64,000 bases of DNA from a virus (lineage: Duplodnaviria > Heunggongvirae > Uroviricota > Caudoviricetes): IMG/VR virus record IMGVR_UViG_3300038603_000024, positions 1 through 64,000 of that record. One strand, written 5' to 3'. The stretch's first letter is position 1. The number at the start of each line of letters is the position of its first letter. The notes beneath the pieces are model-generated. The model searched no databases and was not told the DNA's origin. It worked only from the letters and a program-made list of their open reading frames with translations. Shown in pieces: positions 38,402 to 48,679 of the stretch. The position numbers were made by a program, and so were the translations under genes.

Positions 38402-41400
38402 TTATCCCCCAAATAGGCCGCTAAAGAATCCACCTGATGTGGCTGGTCGCGTTGCGGCCCGCGAATCCCTGACAGCCCCGCCGCCGTATTGCTCAAATGC
38501 TGCTGGCGCTTCAGTGCGAACATCGGTGATGTCGCCAAACAAGACCTCGTATTCATCGCCGTCTTTGTTTGTGACAGGCAAGAAAAAGCCACCAACTTCA
38601 ATATTGAGAACAGCACCGTCACCAGTTGAATTATTTAACCAGATACCATCTTTTGCAGCCTGGATAAACACTTCAAGGTCTGCAAATTCAGGAAGTCTTG
38701 GATCATCCAGAGGAGCAGGGTCAAAGTCTCGCAAGGCTTGCTCTGCTGTTGCCGCTTCTAAGCCAAGTGACACTTGCGTTTCCGTGAACTCATTGGGAAC
38801 AATCACCTTTACATTCGGCTCATCAACCACGACTTCGGGGAAGATCTGTTCAAACGCACGTGCTGATGCGGCGCTAGCGTCCTCGCCACGTCGAATGTAT
38901 GTCATGGCTAGGCGTTGTGCGACATCAAAATTCCTGTTGAAAGTCTGAGCGGCCTGACCTGACAAGTCGCCAATCTCGAACACTTGGCGGTATTCCTGCG
39001 CTTCATCAAAGATTGCCTCATTCATCTCTGTATAGGAGATAGTCGGAACAGACTTCTTGAGGTCAGAAAGCTTTTCCCCGCGCAGTCCAAGGATCTCGGT
39101 CGCTAGGGCTGGATTGTCAGCATGGCGCAGTGCCACGGTGTATTCTGGGTCAAGGCCCGCTCGCTCAAGGTCTTGGATTACTTGCCCACGACGATTACCC
39201 CACGGGGCAAGCAAGGATTGAAGCTGTTGAGCCGTAACATCCTGCTCACCTTCTTCAAGTGATCCAACAATCTGTGTCGCAACGCCAGCGGGCAACACTT
39301 TGCGCAACGGGCCACGAACTCCGATACTGTCATAGATCTCATTCTGGCGCTGAGTATATGCGCTTGCAGCCGCAATAGCCTCTTGCGGGCTTATCGCCCC
39401 AGCCACGCGGGAATACAACCCCTCAAGATCTTGGTTGGTCCTCTGGATGTATCCAGCCGCATCTTCGCGCAGCGCTTCATTGCGAGCGTTCACGGCCCCT
39501 ACATAGTTCGCATATTTCTGCTGATCCCTGACGGTATTGCCGGGACGCTGCACAGCCTCTGCTAGTTGAGTGACCGTAGATTCAATCTCATCTGGCGTTT
39601 GCGTCCGAACCCTATTGGTTAGCTCTGCATCCTCTAGCGCCTGTCGGAACTGGCGTTGGAGTTGCTCGCCTGCCTTTTGATCTGTTTGATACAGGTCTGC
39701 AATCTGACGCTCAATCTCTGTCTGATTTTCCAGTCCCTCGCCAGTAGCAGCATAGAACGCAACCGTCTCTGTGATGTTCTCAGCCAGAATGCCACGGTCA
39801 ATCGCAACTTGCTCTTTGTACTTACGCTCTCCCTCTTTCAGGAGGGTCTGACGGGTGTCATAGTCCAGCACATCATAGCGCGCATCAGTTGGGCCTTGAC
39901 GGGCGAATGTAACGCCACGGCTTGCAAGACCTTGGTTGATGCCCTCAGAGAACCACTTCCCGCCCTCAGTGTATGGCTGGTTTTTATTATACCACAGAGC
40001 CAGACCGCCGGGGCCTTTGCCTCCCTTACTGCGGAAGTCAACGTGAATGGTGCCGTTGTCATAGTGTCCGACACCCCGCGCGCCCGATGCAACGAACAGG
40101 GAGATAAGCTGCTCTTTCTCAGCGTCATTGTAGCCAGACACATCAATATCAAATGCATCGCCGTGAGTGTGGCGGCTATCGGTCGAGAAGCTTGTTTTGT
40201 TATTGTGGTCCTGACTGCGGAAGCCACTGGTGATCCTCAGTGCGCCCTTGCCAAATGCAGCGGTCACATCATCCAGCACGTTAACTGCAGCTTGGTCAAC
40301 CTTCGCATCCTGAAAGCGGTCATTGCGGAAGTCAGCCCAATTGTAGAACTGAGATTCCATATCTTGCGGGCCAACCATCGCCTCGCCAAACTTGTACTGG
40401 TTGACAGCGGTTGTGCCAGAAATCCCGCCAAGGATATTGCGCACATATGGCTCAGTCTCGGAACGCTTAGGCAAGACAGAATAATCGCGTCCAGCTTCAA
40501 GCCATTTTTTAGCATTGGCTGGGCCTGCATTATACGCAATCAGAGCGGCCTCAATATCTCCATCAAACGCATCGAGTTGCTTATTCATGTAGTATTGGCC
40601 GTACTGGCGACCAATCTCAGGATCTTGCAGATAGGCTTGCTGTTCGGAGATTGACCCGTTTGTCGGATAGTTCGCGTCTCCGATCTCTTTAGCAATGTCA
40701 GCACCAGTGGCAGGTATGACTTGCATAATTCCTGCTGCGCCCTTGGGGGAAATAGCCAACGGATTGCCCCCGCTCTCTTGCTTTTCCATAGCAGAGAACA
40801 GAGTGCCACGTTGTGCATCAATGCGCTGTTGCTCTGTACCGCCACCAAGGGCAAGCACAGCATTCAGCGGGTTATTGTTAAACTCATTCCGCCACAGGGC
40901 CGCCGCTGCATCCTTACGCCATCCGCGTTCAAGCTGACGTTTCTCTTGACGGGACAAGCCAGATTCAGCAATCAAGGAACGTCCAGTTGCCAGTGCCTCA
41001 TCAAAGGATATATCCCCGTCAATGATCCGGGTGCGCAGGTTCTCCGCCTGAGACCCGATTTCATCGCGATAAAACGTGGTCCGGGCTTTGTACTCAACGT
41101 CGTCAGCCGCGCCAAGGAATTGGTTCTCAAACCCAATCAGCTTGGCATTGTACTGCGCCTTTTGTTCCTCTGGAAGTTCGTTAAAGAAATTGTCCGCGTT
41201 CTGCTTGAAGGTTTTAAGCGCGTTTTCAGTCAGGCCAAATGCTCCAGGCTCTGCATCCCTACTGGCTTGGGTCAGTTGGCGAAGCTGCTCACCTTTGAAG
41301 CGCTCAAAGTCAGCCGCTGTCTTGAACTTCTTGGCCTCATCTTCTTCTTGCTTGATCTGGGCAGAAATACGTTCCGCCCCCTGACTAATGGAAGCAAGAC

Positions 41401-41506
41401 CACGTGCGATAGGCGATGCGTCAACCACGCCGCCACGGAACTGAGAGCCGGGGCTTGCTGGTGCAGGCTGGCGAATTGTTTCTTGTGCTGTAGGAATTCG
41501 AGCCAT
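38402..41506 (-). CDS. Internal virion protein carrying lytic transglycosylase (SLT) and M15 zinc D-Ala-D-Ala carboxypeptidase-like domains (1034 aa).
   Basis: SLT motif ...ES..NPLAISPKGAAGIMQV. M15-like motif ITSGFRSQDHN...HTHGDAFDIDV. Confidence 0.65.
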   Translation of the reverse strand: MARIPTAQETIRQPAPASPGSQFRGGVVDASPIARGLASISQGAERISAQIKQEEDEAKKFKTAADFERFKGEQLRQLTQASRDAEPGAFGLTENALKTFKQNADNFFNELPEEQKAQYNAKLIGFENQFLGAADDVEYKARTTFYRDEIGSQAENLRTRIIDGDISFDEALATGRSLIAESGLSRQEKRQLERGWRKDAAAALWRNEFNNNPLNAVLALGGGTEQQRIDAQRGTLFSAMEKQESGGNPLAISPKGAAGIMQVIPATGADIAKEIGDANYPTNGSISEQQAYLQDPEIGRQYGQYYMNKQLDAFDGDIEAALIAYNAGPANAKKWLEAGRDYSVLPKRSETEPYVRNILGGISGTTAVNQYKFGEAMVGPQDMESQFYNWADFRNDRFQDAKVDQAAVNVLDDVTAAFGKGALRITSGFRSQDHNNKTSFSTDSRHTHGDAFDIDVSGYNDAEKEQLISLFVASGARGVGHYDNGTIHVDFRSKGGKGPGGLALWYNKNQPYTEGGKWFSEGINQGLASRGVTFARQGPTDARYDVLDYDTRQTLLKEGERKYKEQVAIDRGILAENITETVAFYAATGEGLENQTEIERQIADLYQTDQKAGEQLQRQFRQALEDAELTNRVRTQTPDEIESTVTQLAEAVQRPGNTVRDQQKYANYVGAVNARNEALREDAAGYIQRTNQDLEGLYSRVAGAISPQEAIAAASAYTQRQNEIYDSIGVRGPLRKVLPAGVATQIVGSLEEGEQDVTAQQLQSLLAPWGNRRGQVIQDLERAGLDPEYTVALRHADNPALATEILGLRGEKLSDLKKSVPTISYTEMNEAIFDEAQEYRQVFEIGDLSGQAAQTFNRNFDVAQRLAMTYIRRGEDASAASARAFEQIFPEVVVDEPNVKVIVPNEFTETQVSLGLEAATAEQALRDFDPAPLDDPRLPEFADLEVFIQAAKDGIWLNNSTGDGAVLNIEVGGFFLPVTNKDGDEYEVLFGDITDVRTEAPAAFEQYGGGAVRDSRAATRPATSGGFFSGLFGG

Positions 41507-41510
41507 CTAG

Positions 41511-42008
41511 TTAGCCTCCATACCTGTAAGGGCCGCTAGGCGCTGTTGCCCCGCCACCGCCACTTCCTCCAAATCTCTGAAATGCAGACTTAGCGCCTGC
41601 ACTGCCCGCGATCTCTCCGATACCACCAAGTAAAGACCCAAACGCACTAACCTTGCCCTGCTTTCTAGCCACTTGGCCTCTATACCTTGCGCCCTGCGCT
41701 GCTCCACGCCCAGCCGACAACTCAGTAGCCGCCGCTCGCTCTGTCTCTGCTGCGGTTTCACCGAACAACCTTACAACAGATGGGTCTGCCGCGCCACCTT
41801 GCGCCGCCGCAATAGCCCTTTGTCGGGACTCCAGAAGCGCCCCCTCTTTACGTCGCTCAAGCGCCCTGCGCTGGGACTGTGCCTCAATTTCACGGGCCTC
41901 AGCTTCAGCCTGTTGCTGCTGTGCCTTGCCAGCACTTAGAGCGCCTGCGGTGCTAACCACCGTACTTGCGAGCGCCGATCCCAGAGCAATAGCCTCTAGA
42001 CCTGTCAT
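41511..42008 (-). CDS. Gly/Ala-rich internal virion protein (165 aa).
   Basis: Low-complexity Gly-rich C-terminus, coupled to the downstream gene. Confidence 0.35.
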   Translation of the reverse strand: MTGLEAIALGSALASTVVSTAGALSAGKAQQQQAEAEAREIEAQSQRRALERRKEGALLESRQRAIAAAQGGAADPSVVRLFGETAAETERAAATELSAGRGAAQGARYRGQVARKQGKVSAFGSLLGGIGEIAGSAGAKSAFQRFGGSGGGGATAPSGPYRYGG

Positions 42009-42397
42009 TGTTTTTCTCCGTGTTTTTCTGCTCGCCAGATCCAGACCTGCCGCCCTGCTTCTTCCCTGTCCGTTGGCTTGAACCCAAGACGGGACAGGAA
42101 CTCACTTGCACGTGGAATGCGTTTGTCGCAGCTTGTCACCACTTCATCACATCCGCGAGATTTCATCTCATTGATTAGCCGAAAGGCGTATTTGTAAACA
42201 GAGGGTTTACGTGCCCATTTGCGCAGATCCAGAAACGCGACAACTTCACCAGCCTCATTTGCATAAACGCCGCCCATGCCAACAATCTGATTGCCAATCT
42301 TTGCAACCAGCCCCTCCCAAGGGTTTTGCAGGCGAGCGCCGTAGAACTGGAACATGTCCCGATCTGTTGCTTCTGATACAGTGAAGTGCTGCCCCAT
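42005..42397 (-). CDS. Hypothetical virion-module protein (130 aa), possibly with an acetyltransferase-like fold.
   Basis: ORF in the track. Weak GNAT-like impression only. Confidence 0.3.
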   Translation of the reverse strand: MGQHFTVSEATDRDMFQFYGARLQNPWEGLVAKIGNQIVGMGGVYANEAGEVVAFLDLRKWARKPSVYKYAFRLINEMKSRGCDEVVTSCDKRIPRASEFLSRLGFKPTDREEAGRQVWIWRAEKHGEKQ

Positions 42398-43074
42398 TAG
42401 ATCCGGCCCTGACGTGTGCTAATAGATCCGCCAAGAGCTGTCCGTTGACGATTCTGACGGACGCCAAACCCACGCTGTGCCCGGTTCCAACTGCCGCTGC
42501 GAACCCGTGCCTCTTTCTCATCACGCGCATCACGGCTCTTAGCCTTGGCTAGGCGCATCCGGGCTTCTCTCTCAATCTTATCCCTGTCAGTGGATGACTG
42601 GTTGAGCCGCTGGACAATATCCAAAGCAAGCGCTGCGCTGATGTATCGGGCGAACAGGTGCGACCATGCTGCAATCCCCGCCTCTTCCGCAAAGTCAGTG
42701 GAGATGTATTCGAGATAGAGCGTATCAGTGTCAGAGTGCAGAAGACCTGCGCTGTCCTTAAACAGATCCTCAAACTCATAGACATAAGCGTCCCGGATAT
42801 CAGGATACTCAGACGCCGCAATAGTAGCGATCCAGTCGTCAGGCTTTTGGAATGCGAACTGATACCCAATGGCGGGTGTTGCTGCAGGGTCAGCGTTGAT
42901 TTGAACGGTCTTGATTGCAAAGTTCCACGGCGTCAATGAAAGCGCATCCAACACCACATCGGTGAAGGATTCATTCAAAGCCTGTACTTGCGGAATGTTG
43001 TCAGTGAGGGCTGCAATTGGCTGTGATCCAATGAGCCTCAAAGCGTCGTTATATACTGAAAGGCGAGTTGCCAT
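42397..43074 (-). CDS. Putative head-tail adaptor or neck protein (225 aa).
   Basis: Position downstream of the capsid gene. Confidence 0.35.
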   Translation of the reverse strand: MATRLSVYNDALRLIGSQPIAALTDNIPQVQALNESFTDVVLDALSLTPWNFAIKTVQINADPAATPAIGYQFAFQKPDDWIATIAASEYPDIRDAYVYEFEDLFKDSAGLLHSDTDTLYLEYISTDFAEEAGIAAWSHLFARYISAALALDIVQRLNQSSTDRDKIEREARMRLAKAKSRDARDEKEARVRSGSWNRAQRGFGVRQNRQRTALGGSISTRQGRI

Positions 43075-43118
43075 GCGTGAACCTCGGACGTTTGTTTCCA
43101 GTAGTATACACGCAATCA

Positions 43119-43132
43119 GTTAACATGTTAAG
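43119..43132. promoter_or_regulatory. Palindromic motif copy 3 (GTTAACATGTTAAG), about 50 nt upstream of the 43074 start.
   Basis: Exact match to the core palindrome. Confidence 0.45.
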
Positions 43133-43181
43133 CGGAAAGGATACAGACACCCTTCCCGCTCATCTCATTGGTCTGCGCTGC

Positions 43182-43667
43182 TTAGAGTGCTAGTTCTTTG
43201 GCGCGTTCTTCAGCCATAGCTTTGGACGTAAAGCCGTATTCCATGACTTCTTTCGACGCCTTATTGACAACGCGCCACTTGTGAGCGCCACCCCAAGTCA
43301 CTTCAAGACCTTCGGGAAGCCCATCCTCGCCAATCTCATTGGTCGGGCCGCTGCCTTCTTCCAGCTCATCAAAGTACTCATCAGCATCCGGCGCAGCATA
43401 CACGTTTAGAATCCGAATGTGAGCTTGGAAATTGTCAAATGCCAAGACGCGCAGGCGAACATCAAGTTCTTTACAGTCCGACAGAATGCTAAGTTCCATG
43501 CCTTCGCGAAAAGAGTTGAGATAGTTCGCGAAATACTGGGGATGCATGATTTCTTTGAGGGTGGTTCCTGCTTCCGGCCACAGCGCCATGCGGGCAATCT
43601 TGTAATCTGCTGGTTCGGAGCGTCCGCCGCCAAGTTTGCGGATATGCTTTTTGGCTTGTTCGGTCAT
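43182..43667 (-). CDS. Virion protein (161 aa).
   Basis: Context only. Confidence 0.3.
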   Translation of the reverse strand: MTEQAKKHIRKLGGGRSEPADYKIARMALWPEAGTTLKEIMHPQYFANYLNSFREGMELSILSDCKELDVRLRVLAFDNFQAHIRILNVYAAPDADEYFDELEEGSGPTNEIGEDGLPEGLEVTWGGAHKWRVVNKASKEVMEYGFTSKAMAEERAKELAL

Positions 43668-43731
43668 TTCTTCGGTTCCCTAAACTAAATAAAGGTGGGC
43701 AAAGCGGGAGCCGAAGCCCCCGCCAAGTATC

Positions 43732-44043
43732 TTAGTCAGTGTCAGTGACGCTGATTGCAGTGCCGTCAGTCAGGTCTGCAGAGCCGTCGGCGGCGATAGA
43801 AGCAACCACCATCAACTGTGCAGCCAGAACCGGGCCGGTGCGGGTATACTGGTCAGTGAACGAGGTCCACTGGCGCAGGGTCACGAGGTCGCCCACGCGC
43901 ATACCCTTTTCATCTGCATCGGTGATGTAACCAGCAACGCGAGCGGTTGCCGGAGCATCTTCACCGTCAAGCAGCCAGTGCTGCCAGTTTTGGCCGCTAA
44001 AGCCGCTCTCGATTACCGAAAGACCGTTTGGAATATAAACCAT
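43732..44043 (-). CDS. Small capsid-associated or decoration protein (103 aa).
   Basis: Immediately downstream of the capsid gene. Confidence 0.3.
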   Translation of the reverse strand: MVYIPNGLSVIESGFSGQNWQHWLLDGEDAPATARVAGYITDADEKGMRVGDLVTLRQWTSFTDQYTRTGPVLAAQLMVVASIAADGSADLTDGTAISVTDTD

Positions 44044-44057
44044 AACTTACCCTTTCC

Positions 44058-44906
44058 TTACGCGATGGCCTGAGTGTCATCGTGGATGATCTGCAGGACG
44101 CCGGGCTGCTGAAGCAGACGTGCACCCTGGAAGATCGTGTGGCGGGCATAGGAGTAGTCCTGCTCACCATCATAACCAACGTTGACGTGGATCATGTCGT
44201 TGTTGACCGCGTGACCAACTGCACCGCGAGCAAACGCATAACACTGAGCGTTGTTGCCGCCGATGTTAGGCAGGCCAGTGTGCGGCATGTGAGTTGCGCC
44301 AGCCCAGCGAACGGGGCGTTCTTTACCAGCAACACCACCAGCCAGAGGCTTTTCATCCACGTAGTCCGCGCTAGTGAACTCATCAAAGGTCTTGATGCGC
44401 GCCCAAGCTTTCGGTGTCCACAGGATGGTAATGTCGTCCGAAGAGTAGACGTCCTGCTCGTTCAGCTCAGAGATAATGTCAACCACGTTACCGAAGGTCA
44501 GGGTGATTGCGTTACCGTTGTTGAACTGGTTGGTTGCGGTCGAGAGAGCGTCATCAATGATGATCTGGTCAATCTCACGCGCGGCGGTCAGTGCGCCAGC
44601 CTGTTGCATCGCCATACGCAGATCGGACTGCGAGGTGAAGATGTTGAAGCTGGACTGGGTTTCCAGAGAGTGGAATTCTTCCAGAGGCACGTTGACCTGC
44701 GAGTCGGTACGCTGGCGGGACGGGATAAGGCCGTTAACGCCACGACGGACCATGCGAGGTGCAGAGCCTTGAATCGGGAAGACAGCGGTGTCGCCTTTAA
44801 AGACGAGTTCGCGGGTTACGGCGTCTTTCAGGTAGGTCTCGCCGCGCTGGAACTGCAGAACCCATTCGTCTCGGTACTGCTGTTCTACGATCTGATAACC
44901 GGACAT
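44058..44906 (-). CDS. Major capsid protein (282 aa).
   Basis: It follows the scaffolding gene, has a long 5' UTR with the conserved motif, and is of a size typical for a major capsid protein. Confidence 0.55.
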   Translation of the reverse strand: MSGYQIVEQQYRDEWVLQFQRGETYLKDAVTRELVFKGDTAVFPIQGSAPRMVRRGVNGLIPSRQRTDSQVNVPLEEFHSLETQSSFNIFTSQSDLRMAMQQAGALTAAREIDQIIIDDALSTATNQFNNGNAITLTFGNVVDIISELNEQDVYSSDDITILWTPKAWARIKTFDEFTSADYVDEKPLAGGVAGKERPVRWAGATHMPHTGLPNIGGNNAQCYAFARGAVGHAVNNDMIHVNVGYDGEQDYSYARHTIFQGARLLQQPGVLQIIHDDTQAIA

Positions 44907-45040
44907 AGGTTATCCTCCATAGTGTTTGATATAACGATGTGGGGTTGGTCGCAGTTTCTCTTGGGTGGCCGCAGATGCGGGGCAAGACAAAGCGAATGCG
45001 CGGGGCCGAAAAGACGGGGTAGCCGCGTTATGCAAATAAG

Positions 45041-45056
45041 ATAACATGTTAAGTAT
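45041..45056. promoter_or_regulatory. Palindromic motif copy 4 (ATAACATGTTAAGTATTAC), about 140 nt upstream of the capsid gene.
   Basis: Shares the extended 15-mer CATGTTAAGTATTAC with copy 5. Confidence 0.45.
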
Positions 45057-45149
45057 TACGACGCAACCCTATGGGGTGTTAAGATTTCACAAAGAAAAAC
45101 CCCGACACTTGGCCGGGGTCTTCTTCAATGTTCAGCTATGTAAAGTGGC

Positions 45150-46301
45150 TTAGAGCTTGCCGAGTTTCGCCAGCTTTTCGTTGATTTCTCGGATCTCCAT
45201 TTGCACCCGGTCAGACTTGTATTCTTCCTTGTCTGTCAGGATGAGACCCATCAACTCTTTCTTGCGATCCTCAAGACCTCGCATACCAGCGGCGGTATCG
45301 CCAGCATACATTGCCACGCCGCCCAGTTGGTCAACAGCAGGCCCAGCCAGAAGGCGCAACAGGTTAGCGTTGTCCATCAGATAAGACCCGTCAGCCATAC
45401 GCGCAGACCGCAGTTCCTTCGCGCCATCACCGCCAATCGTGTTATCCAGCAGCGCCCGGATAGCATTCAGGTTGCCATCGTATTCCTTGCCCCACTCATT
45501 GGTCAGGGATGCGACTGTTTCAGCCTGGGTTTCGTCGGCAGTCTGGTTCATCGCCTGCCGCTGGCTTTCGGCAAAGGACTCGTACCACTCAATAGTTTTC
45601 TGCGCATACTGAGGCGGCACATGGTTTTCATGCATGAACTCGCGGTAGGTATCCAGAACCGGCGCGTCTGCATCGGAGGATTCAAAGCTTTCGCCAAACT
45701 CTACCTTATAATCAGATACGTCCTCTGGAATGTTCAAGCGCTTGCGATATTCAGCCAGCTCTTCATCCGTGGGATTGTCTGGCAGTTCAGGTGCCATCTG
45801 GTTTTCTTTTTGCAGGCGGCTAATCTCTTGGCGTTGCTTTGCAAATGCATTGGCTAGGGCTTGTGCGGAACGGTAGCGTCCGAGAAGCTTCTGCAGCATC
45901 TCGTTATCACCAGCCATGAAGTCACGAATGTCGGTCCACTCTAGGGACGGCGCTGCTGCCTCTTCAGGTTCAGCTTCTTCCGCCTTTGATTCGGCTTCTT
46001 CCTCGGATACTTGTTCTTCCGTTTCAGCTTCCGGCTCCTTTTCAGGTTCAGCTTCAGTCGTATCTTCAAGTGTGCCGGTATCGTCGCCTGTGTCAACAAC
46101 CTTATCAGCTTCAGCCGCTTCGGATTCTACTGCCTCAGCTTCCGGCTCAGGCTCTGGTGCTTTCTGTGGTTGGTTCAGCAGGGATGCGCGCTCAGGTGCC
46201 GCCTCTGGTGCTGGGGCGGTTTCAGTGGATACAGGTGCTTCTGTCGAAACCTGTGCTTCTGCCTGCGGTGCGTCCGCTACTGCTTGTGTTGCTTCTGTCA
46301 T
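45150..46301 (-). CDS. Scaffolding protein (383 aa, highly acidic, Ala/Glu/Pro-rich N-terminus, helical C-terminus).
   Basis: Composition and its position between the portal and capsid genes. Confidence 0.55.
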   Translation of the reverse strand: MTEATQAVADAPQAEAQVSTEAPVSTETAPAPEAAPERASLLNQPQKAPEPEPEAEAVESEAAEADKVVDTGDDTGTLEDTTEAEPEKEPEAETEEQVSEEEAESKAEEAEPEEAAAPSLEWTDIRDFMAGDNEMLQKLLGRYRSAQALANAFAKQRQEISRLQKENQMAPELPDNPTDEELAEYRKRLNIPEDVSDYKVEFGESFESSDADAPVLDTYREFMHENHVPPQYAQKTIEWYESFAESQRQAMNQTADETQAETVASLTNEWGKEYDGNLNAIRALLDNTIGGDGAKELRSARMADGSYLMDNANLLRLLAGPAVDQLGGVAMYAGDTAAGMRGLEDRKKELMGLILTDKEEYKSDRVQMEIREINEKLAKLGKL

Positions 46302-46326
46302 GTGTCTTACCTCAAACTAAAGAAAC

Positions 46327-46746
46327 TTAGGATTTTGATGATGGGAGTTTGTTGGCGGGTTTACGGCGTGGCCCTTTAATTTCGGGCTTGGGCGCAACGC
46401 TGGATCGTTCAGTTGTGATCCGCTGAATTGTCACGTCCGCAAAGTCGCTGTGGTGTAGGATCTGCGAACCAACATGCCGCATTCCTTGGCAGAAGTCGGA
46501 TTCCCTACGTCCATCCTCGCCATCCAAATAAAAGCCATTGTCAGGCAGTCGGGCGATGCTATAAACGATTGCGTCAATAGCTTGCTTCTGCTGCTCTGGG
46601 TTTGCGATGCCCTTCCGACAATTGGCGATTGCCCGAACATCGGAAATGCTGAGTTGCCCCACAACGCGAACACGCACAGGGTCATCAACAACCGATACCG
46701 GCTCTGAAGGTCGTCTGAGAGTTGGTTTCTGTTTCGTCATATTCAC
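46327..46746 (-). CDS. Hypothetical head-module protein (139 aa).
   Basis: ORF in the track, between portal and scaffold. Confidence 0.3.
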   Translation of the reverse strand: MNMTKQKPTLRRPSEPVSVVDDPVRVRVVGQLSISDVRAIANCRKGIANPEQQKQAIDAIVYSIARLPDNGFYLDGEDGRRESDFCQGMRHVGSQILHHSDFADVTIQRITTERSSVAPKPEIKGPRRKPANKLPSSKS

Positions 46747-46764
46747 CCCTAAAACAAAATTGGG

Positions 46765-48456
46765 TTACTGGATTCCACCGCCCCCGGTGACTTGCTGGAG
46801 CTGCTGAGCCACGCCAACAGCTTCACTTGCGACTTGCGCGCCTTGCTGGAGCTGCTGAAGGGCCTGCTGCTGTTGTTGCAGTTGCGCTTCGTCCTGCTTG
46901 ATCTTGTCCGCTTCCTCTTTGGTGAACAGCCATTCGGGGTTAGCTGTAACCTTGAAGGTGTCACGGAACATCCGGTCAACGTTCACATTAGCAACCACGC
47001 CAGGGTCAAGCTGTGCCATCGCCCCGATAATCGCCATAGACTCCTCAAACTTGCCAACAACCTGCTGTTCCCGTGCATCCCTCAGAGGGTTCTGGAACTC
47101 AAAGCTGGTATCCATATCCTGCAAGATTTCAGGGAAGCTCTCAGCGGTGCCGTATGCGCCAAGTTTGATCAGGCGATTGACGACAAGATCCAGCTCAGGC
47201 GCGATGACCTCGTTTTCCAGAGGCTCAAAGATTGGCAGGGTGCTACGGATGAACTCCTGCTGAAGAATCCGAACCTCTGTCGCTGTCCTGTTGCGGGTGT
47301 CAGGAAGGTTGATCTTGTCCAGATAGAAGCTGGATGTCAGATCTGCCACCTTGCGATCCATGAGCGCTTGCCCGACGCCGGGGTTCTTGCCCAGATCCAG
47401 AGGCACAAGAGGCGCGCCAAGTCGCTCATCGTACTGCGCGTCAACGTAAGTGACCCCGCCAGCAGTGACATCAATCGGGCCTTGGATAGCCTCAGACGTT
47501 GCAATCAGCGGCGGCTCAGTTGCCTTTTCCGTTGCCTCAATAATCGAGACAGCCATACGCTGAATGAGACGCGCGTCAGGCAGGGCAGTCATAGCAGCAG
47601 GGGAGTAGCCATAGGACCACCCCTGAACAGTGCGCCAGCGGGAAACGATATAGGGGAATACGGTCTCAGGCTCTTCTTTCAGAACCGTGCCATCTTCAAA
47701 CAGATAGACCGATGCGAACTCTGTGCCTTTCGGGAAGCTCTTGCGCATAACCGGCTCATACTGGTCAACAGGCAAGGCCACGTGGCGAACATCAAACTTG
47801 TCGTTACGGTCTCCCCGCTTCAGCGCGCCCTTAACCGCACTTGGCAGGTTTCTCTCTCCGAATTTCTTCTCAATACCACCCGCTGTCATCTTCATCTTGC
47901 GGTGCAGGTGGTCAACAATACCCCAGTCATTCTCCATCCAAGCGCAGTCTTTCAGGTGCCACGTCTTGAAGAAAATGCCGTTGTTGTCTTTGTTATTCGT
48001 TACGGATTTGACAGAGCAGCCGAATACCGCAAAGTCAATATCAGCCTCTGAGTTGGCCCGCGTGTATTTAGCGTCTGCCGCATAGATAGCCGCGCGGGTA
48101 ATGCGGGTCATCGCGTCAAGTTTACGCCGTGCCTCAGTGTCGTTCTTCACCTCTTCGTCGGGAACGGTGACAGCAAACCAATCCTGGTCAGCAGGGCGCA
48201 ACATAGTGTTAAACAGGTTGGCTAGGTCTCGTGCGACCCTGACAGTATCAGCGTCTGACAGGTGGTCTGCAAATTCCTCGCCAAGTGTGATTTCGTTGGT
48301 GAAGTCTGCCTTCTCTGGAGCAAACCAGTATGCCAGTTCTTGATTCAACTGGTCGAAGTTTTGCTTGTCGGAAAACAGCTTGTCGCCGAGAGCGATCAAT
48401 TCACTCCCGACCTTGCACGGATAGCCGCGTGTATGGTTCTCGTTATTGTCAGCCAT
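46765..48456 (-). CDS. Portal (head-to-tail connector) protein (563 aa).
   Basis: Size and gene order upstream of the scaffold and capsid genes, with a Gln-rich C-terminal tail. No diagnostic motif; assigned by synteny. Confidence 0.55.
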   Translation of the reverse strand: MADNNENHTRGYPCKVGSELIALGDKLFSDKQNFDQLNQELAYWFAPEKADFTNEITLGEEFADHLSDADTVRVARDLANLFNTMLRPADQDWFAVTVPDEEVKNDTEARRKLDAMTRITRAAIYAADAKYTRANSEADIDFAVFGCSVKSVTNNKDNNGIFFKTWHLKDCAWMENDWGIVDHLHRKMKMTAGGIEKKFGERNLPSAVKGALKRGDRNDKFDVRHVALPVDQYEPVMRKSFPKGTEFASVYLFEDGTVLKEEPETVFPYIVSRWRTVQGWSYGYSPAAMTALPDARLIQRMAVSIIEATEKATEPPLIATSEAIQGPIDVTAGGVTYVDAQYDERLGAPLVPLDLGKNPGVGQALMDRKVADLTSSFYLDKINLPDTRNRTATEVRILQQEFIRSTLPIFEPLENEVIAPELDLVVNRLIKLGAYGTAESFPEILQDMDTSFEFQNPLRDAREQQVVGKFEESMAIIGAMAQLDPGVVANVNVDRMFRDTFKVTANPEWLFTKEEADKIKQDEAQLQQQQQALQQLQQGAQVASEAVGVAQQLQQVTGGGGIQ

Positions 48457-48475
48457 TAGCAGCCCCGTGTGTTAA

Positions 48476-48661
48476 TCAGCCGAGAGTGGTTCGGCTAAAC
48501 TCTGCGGCACCCTGAGACGGGCGATCTACAAGAGTTGTTTGGCGGGTTCCGCTCTGGGATACTGCCCGCTGTTGCGCGCGACGGCGAACCTTCTCAAGCT
48601 CTGCCTCATCCGGCAGCGGCGCGGGCTTGGGAGGTGGTGGAGTTTTGAAAAGACCAGACAT
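48476..48661 (-). CDS. Small Pro-rich protein (61 aa).
   Basis: Starts about 20 nt downstream of motif copy 5. Confidence 0.3.
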   Translation of the reverse strand: MSGLFKTPPPPKPAPLPDEAELEKVRRRAQQRAVSQSGTRQTTLVDRPSQGAAEFSRTTLG

Positions 48662-48679
48662 AAGATTTCCCGAATTTAC

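Noticed and set aside
46792-48051. 419-aa plus-strand ORF antisense to the portal gene. Similar long antisense ORFs lie at 20783-21823, 39656-40654 and 44082-45044.
   Set aside because: These are shadow ORFs opposite long GC-rich coding regions. They have no ribosome-binding sites, low-complexity translations, and they break the otherwise continuous minus-strand operon logic.
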